Shown one piece after another: positions 60,452 through 64,000 of a DNA stretch of 64,000 nt. The notes beneath the pieces were generated by a model, which was not told where the DNA came from, did no database searches, and saw only the letters and a list, made by a program, of their open reading frames with translations. Numbering within the stretch: the first letter of the stretch is position 1; each line of letters opens with the position of its first letter. The DNA lies in the NCBI GenBank assembly GCA_963665125.2, contig CAXXUK010000001.1, positions 992,001 to 1,056,000 on the forward strand. The letters run 5' to 3'. Source of the stretch: an uncultured Desulfarculus sp. (lineage in GTDB: Bacteria; Desulfobacterota; Desulfarculia; Desulfarculales; Desulfarculaceae). The translations under genes and the position numbers were made by a program.

Positions 60452-61462
60452 TTGGAGCTCACTCTAGCCCAATTGGCAGAGCTGGTCGGCGGCAGCCTCG
60501 AGGGCCCCGCCGACCGGGTCGTTTCTGGCATAAACGGAATAGACAAAGCGGGCCCTTCGGAGTTGTCTTTTCTGGCAAATCAGAAATACGCCCCGGCCCT
60601 GGCTAGTTGTCAGGCCGGTGTGGTTTTTGTTTCGCCGGACCAGGAAACACCAAAGGAACTGGCCGTGATTCGGGTGGACGATCCCTATCTGGCTTTTGCC
60701 AGGGTGTTGGATATGGCCACACGAAAGCCCTATAAGCCCGGCGGAGTCCACCGGCGCGCGGTCGTCGATGAGACAGCCCAGTTGGGCGACGATGTCACCA
60801 TCCATGCCCTGGCCTGCGTGGGGCCGGGTGCGAAGCTTGGCAACAAAGTTGTATTGCATCCGGGCGTTGTTGTCGGCGAAGGCGTCAGCATCGGAGATGA
60901 CACGGTTCTGCATTCCAACGTTGTGGTTGAACAGGGCTGCATAATCGGCAATAGATGCATCATCCACGCGGGGTCGGTCATCGGGGCCGACGGATACGGC
61001 TTCGTGCCCCAGAAAGACGGCCATTTCAAGATTCCCCAGGTAGGCACGGTGCAAATCGATGATGATGTCGAACTGGGCGCCCTGAATACAGTGGATAGGG
61101 CGGCAATGGGCCGGACATGGATCAAGAGCGGGGTCAAGACCGACAATATGGTGCATGTGGCCCATAACTGCACGGTGGGCAAAAACACACTGCTGGTGGC
61201 CAAGGTCGGCATCAGCGGTTCCACCAGCGTGGGCGACAATGTGGTTATCGGCGGCCAAACAGGCTTGGCCGGACACTTGAAAGTCGGCAACAACGTCAAG
61301 ATAGCCGCGCGATCGGGGATCCAGAACAATGTAAAGGACGGCGAAGTTCTCGCCGGATTCCCGGCCATGCCGCACCGGTTGTGGCTGCGCACCAGGGCCT
61401 TGATCAAGCGGTTGCCGGAGTTGTACGACCGGGTCAAGGAAATAGAAAAGAAGTTGCAATAA
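60452..61462 (+). CDS. lpxD: UDP-3-O-acyl-glucosamine N-acyltransferase
   Basis: Hexapeptide repeats, DPYLAFA, GADGYGF, KIPQVG, DNMVHVAHNC. Confidence 0.95.
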   Translation: MELTLAQLAELVGGSLEGPADRVVSGINGIDKAGPSELSFLANQKYAPALASCQAGVVFVSPDQETPKELAVIRVDDPYLAFARVLDMATRKPYKPGGVHRRAVVDETAQLGDDVTIHALACVGPGAKLGNKVVLHPGVVVGEGVSIGDDTVLHSNVVVEQGCIIGNRCIIHAGSVIGADGYGFVPQKDGHFKIPQVGTVQIDDDVELGALNTVDRAAMGRTWIKSGVKTDNMVHVAHNCTVGKNTLLVAKVGISGSTSVGDNVVIGGQTGLAGHLKVGNNVKIAARSGIQNNVKDGEVLAGFPAMPHRLWLRTRALIKRLPELYDRVKEIEKKLQ

Positions 61463-61494
61463 GCTAATATTGTTGACGAATAAGGGGCGTATTT

Positions 61495-61950
61495 ATGGTT
61501 GTGCCGCTCATGGATATTGAAAAGATAATGAGCTTCCTGCCGCACCGGTATCCGTTTTTACTTATCGACAGGATTCTGGAACTGGATCCGGGCCAGCGGA
61601 TCAAGGCCCTTAAAAACGTGACTTACAATGAGCATTTTTTTCAGGGACATTTTCCCCAGCGCCCGGTCATGCCTGGCGTATTGATCGTTGAGGCCATGGG
61701 CCAGGCCGGAGGCGTCATGGCCTACAATGAGGTGCCCGAAGCCAGGGACATGATCATTTATTTCATGAGCCTCGATAAGGTAAAATTCCGCCAAACCGTT
61801 GAACCGGGCGATCAGTTGATCATCGAGGTTGAATCGGTGCACCGTTCGAGCCGCGCCTGGAAAATGGCCGGCAAAGCCTTTGTCGGAGACAAGGTTGTCG
61901 CCCAGGCTGAGCTGTCGGCGGCGGTGCAGATACCTGCACCGGGCAATTAG
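61495..61950 (+). CDS. fabZ: 3-hydroxyacyl-ACP dehydratase
   Basis: LPHRYPFLLIDR, FFQGHFP, MPGVLIVEAMGQ. Confidence 0.96.
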   Translation: MVVPLMDIEKIMSFLPHRYPFLLIDRILELDPGQRIKALKNVTYNEHFFQGHFPQRPVMPGVLIVEAMGQAGGVMAYNEVPEARDMIIYFMSLDKVKFRQTVEPGDQLIIEVESVHRSSRAWKMAGKAFVGDKVVAQAELSAAVQIPAPGN

Positions 61951-61980
61951 CCCTAAATACATCTGGATTGAAATCAAAAA

Positions 61981-62754
61981 ATGGCTATTCATCCAACTGC
62001 GATAATAGACCCGTCTGCGGAAATTGCCGGGGACGCCGGAATTGGTGCGTATACGGTCATTGGGCCCGAGGTGAAAATCGGCTCCAATACCGAGATCATG
62101 CATCATGTCAATATTCATAAGCTGACGACAATCGGTTCTAATTGCGTTATCTGGCCCTTTGCCTCGTTGGGCACCGATCCGCAGGATCTGAAATTTCAAG
62201 GCGAACGTTCGACCTTGGAAATAGGCGACAATGTCATGATCCGCGAATGTGTCACCGCAAACCGGGGCACGGCAGACGGAGGCCTTGTCACCAGGATCGG
62301 CAATGAGTGCCTATTGATGGCCTATGCCCATGTGGCCCATGATTGCCATCTTGGCGATGGTGTGATCATGAGCAATGCCGTAAACCTGGCTGGTCATGTG
62401 ACTTTGCAGGATCGTTGCAGCATAGGCGGCATGACCGCGGTGCATCAATTCACACGCATCGGCACCCGCTGCTTTGTGGGGGGCATGAGCGGCATCGCCA
62501 ATGACCTACCGCCGTATTGCCTCTGTGAAGGCAACCGGGCCAAACCACACGCGATAAATGTTATCGGACTGAAGCGTTCCGGATTCTCCGAAGAATCCAT
62601 AAAGGCTCTCAAGGACGCCTACCGGATCATCTTCCGGACCCGCACGCCCATTAAAAAGGCCATTGAGCAGGTCCGTCAGGAAGTCGCGGATACCGTGGAA
62701 GTCCAGACTTTGCTGAAATTTATCGAAGAGTCCGAAAGGGGCGTGGCCCGCTGA
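61981..62754 (+). CDS. lpxA: UDP-GlcNAc acyltransferase
   Basis: IHPTAII, PQDLKF, HVAHDC, VHQF. Confidence 0.96.
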   Translation: MAIHPTAIIDPSAEIAGDAGIGAYTVIGPEVKIGSNTEIMHHVNIHKLTTIGSNCVIWPFASLGTDPQDLKFQGERSTLEIGDNVMIRECVTANRGTADGGLVTRIGNECLLMAYAHVAHDCHLGDGVIMSNAVNLAGHVTLQDRCSIGGMTAVHQFTRIGTRCFVGGMSGIANDLPPYCLCEGNRAKPHAINVIGLKRSGFSEESIKALKDAYRIIFRTRTPIKKAIEQVRQEVADTVEVQTLLKFIEESERGVAR

Positions 62755-62756
62755 CT

Positions 62757-63587
62757 ATGGCCGACAAGACCATAGGAATCATAGCCGGCACCAGCCAGTT
62801 TCCCCTGCTTTTCGCCAAGGCGGCCAAAAAGCGGGGCCTGCGCGTCGTTGCCGTGGCCCACAAGGGCGAGACCTTTCCCGAGCTTGAGGCTGAAGTCGAT
62901 GAGATCACCTGGATTCAGCTGGGCCAGGTAGGCAAGCTCTTGAAGGCCTTTCGCAAGGCCGGGGTGAACCAAGCCGTGATGTGCGGCGGGGTGACCAAAA
63001 CCCGGATGTTCAAGGACGTGCGGCCGGACATGAAGGCTCTGGCCTTGATCAACCGCATCCGCCACATGGCCGACGACGGCATCCTACGCACTTTGGCCGA
63101 TTATCTTTCAGACGAGGGGGTAAAGGTCATCGCCAGCCATGATATGGTGCCCGAACTACTGGCCCAAGAGGGCGTATACACCCGGCGCAAACCCGACTCC
63201 GATGAACAGCAGAGCGCGGAGGTGGGCTGGCAGGTCTGCGCCCAAATGGGCTGCCTGGACATAGGCCAGTGCGTGGTGGTGCGCGACCGGGCAGTGGTGG
63301 CGGTGGAGGCCATAGAAGGCACCGACGCCTGCATCGCCCGGGGCGGTGAGTTGGCCCGGGGCAAGGCTGTGGTGGTCAAACGTTGCAAGCCGATCCAGGA
63401 TATGCGTTTCGACCTGCCTTCGGTGGGCCTGCGGACCATTGAGGTTATGAAACAATCAGGCTGCAGTTGCCTGCTCATAGAGGCCGAAAAAACCCTGATA
63501 TTCGACAAGGACCTGATGATTGACCTGGCCGACAAATCCGGCATCTGCGTGATGGCCTGGGCCACGGGAGATGAAAATAATGGCTAA
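62757..63587 (+). CDS. lpxI: UDP-2,3-diacylglucosamine pyrophosphatase LpxI
   Basis: GIIAG, DIGQCVVV, AVEAIEGTD, QDMRFDLPSVG. Confidence 0.9.
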   Translation: MADKTIGIIAGTSQFPLLFAKAAKKRGLRVVAVAHKGETFPELEAEVDEITWIQLGQVGKLLKAFRKAGVNQAVMCGGVTKTRMFKDVRPDMKALALINRIRHMADDGILRTLADYLSDEGVKVIASHDMVPELLAQEGVYTRRKPDSDEQQSAEVGWQVCAQMGCLDIGQCVVVRDRAVVAVEAIEGTDACIARGGELARGKAVVVKRCKPIQDMRFDLPSVGLRTIEVMKQSGCSCLLIEAEKTLIFDKDLMIDLADKSGICVMAWATGDENNG

Positions 63588-64000
63588 GACCCGCATCGCC
63601 GTTGTGGGCGTGGGATATTTGGGGCGCTTTCATGCTCAAAAGGTTGCGGCCCTGGATAGCGCCGAACTGGTTGCCGTGGTTGACAAGGACCTGGCCCGCG
63701 CCACTGCCCTGGCCGCGGAATTGGGCTGCCGGGCCAGCGCGGACGTCACTGAGATTATTGGCGATATAGACGCCGCCTGCGTGGTCACGCCAACGGTTTA
63801 TCATTACGCGGTGGCCGCCGAGCTGTTACGCAACGGCAGGGATGTTTTGTGCGAAAAGCCCATGACCGCCACCCTGGATCAGGCCGATGAACTGGTGGAT
63901 TTGGCCACCGACAACAACTGCATCCTCCAGGTCGGCCATTTGGAACGCTTCAACCCGGCGGTTCAAAAAGCCGACGAGTGCATCAGCCAGCCCATGTTTA
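63580..64000 (+). CDS. Gfo/Idh/MocA oxidoreductase, probably GnnA-like; truncated by window end, absent from ORF track
   Basis: MAKTRIAVVGVGYLGRFHAQK..., VTPTVYH, CEKPM, QVGHLERFNPA; overlaps the lpxI stop. Confidence 0.8.
   Translation, partial: MAKTRIAVVGVGYLGRFHAQKVAALDSAELVAVVDKDLARATALAAELGCRASADVTEIIGDIDAACVVTPTVYHYAVAAELLRNGRDVLCEKPMTATLDQADELVDLATDNNCILQVGHLERFNPAVQKADECISQPMF

Overview
Chromosomal, mostly GC-rich window from a sulfate-reducing deltaproteobacterium (Desulfobacterota-like). This is inferred from a two-cysteine DsrC, a selenocysteine formate dehydrogenase, a His-type Thi4, LpxI and a PxxKW protein. I see no rRNA, tRNA, CRISPR array, transposase or phage genes. From left to right the window holds: the 3' part of a hybrid kinase; a minus-strand signalling cluster (REC-GAF-HD-GYP, PilZ, sensor-less kinase, HEAT-repeat protein, CheY-like, REC-TPR); an orphan flaG; a PLP-fold protein lacking the catalytic Lys with a stand-alone DsbD-N gene; DedA; a Sec-containing FDH that the ORF track splits at its UGA; TetR with a serine hydrolase; AIM24; an AT-rich pentapeptide-repeat gene; copZ-copA-RsbW-like; nfo; an acidic tandem-repeat protein upstream of valS; dsrC; YcaO-TPR; eno; a CHASE4 kinase, hybrid kinase and sigma54 activator in front of a Tad/Flp pilus locus (its pilin is missed by the ORF track); TPP-riboswitch-controlled thi4; and lysS-lol-bamA-skp-lpxD-fabZ-lpxA-lpxI plus a GnnA-like gene. 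The best candidate for an undescribed system is the gene before valS. It looks like a PopZ/RomR-C-type polar scaffold carrying 13 copies of a motif that resembles the CheY~P-binding peptides of FliM and CheZ, encoded by a 99/93-bp tandem repeat. Next most interesting are the stand-alone YcaO-TPR beside dsrC, the c-di-GMP/HEAT signalling cluster, and the Tad locus with an inserted HDOD gene, a TadD-SPOR fusion and a shared ATTAC-N6-GTAAT palindrome. All family assignments come from motif recognition by eye; no database search was run.
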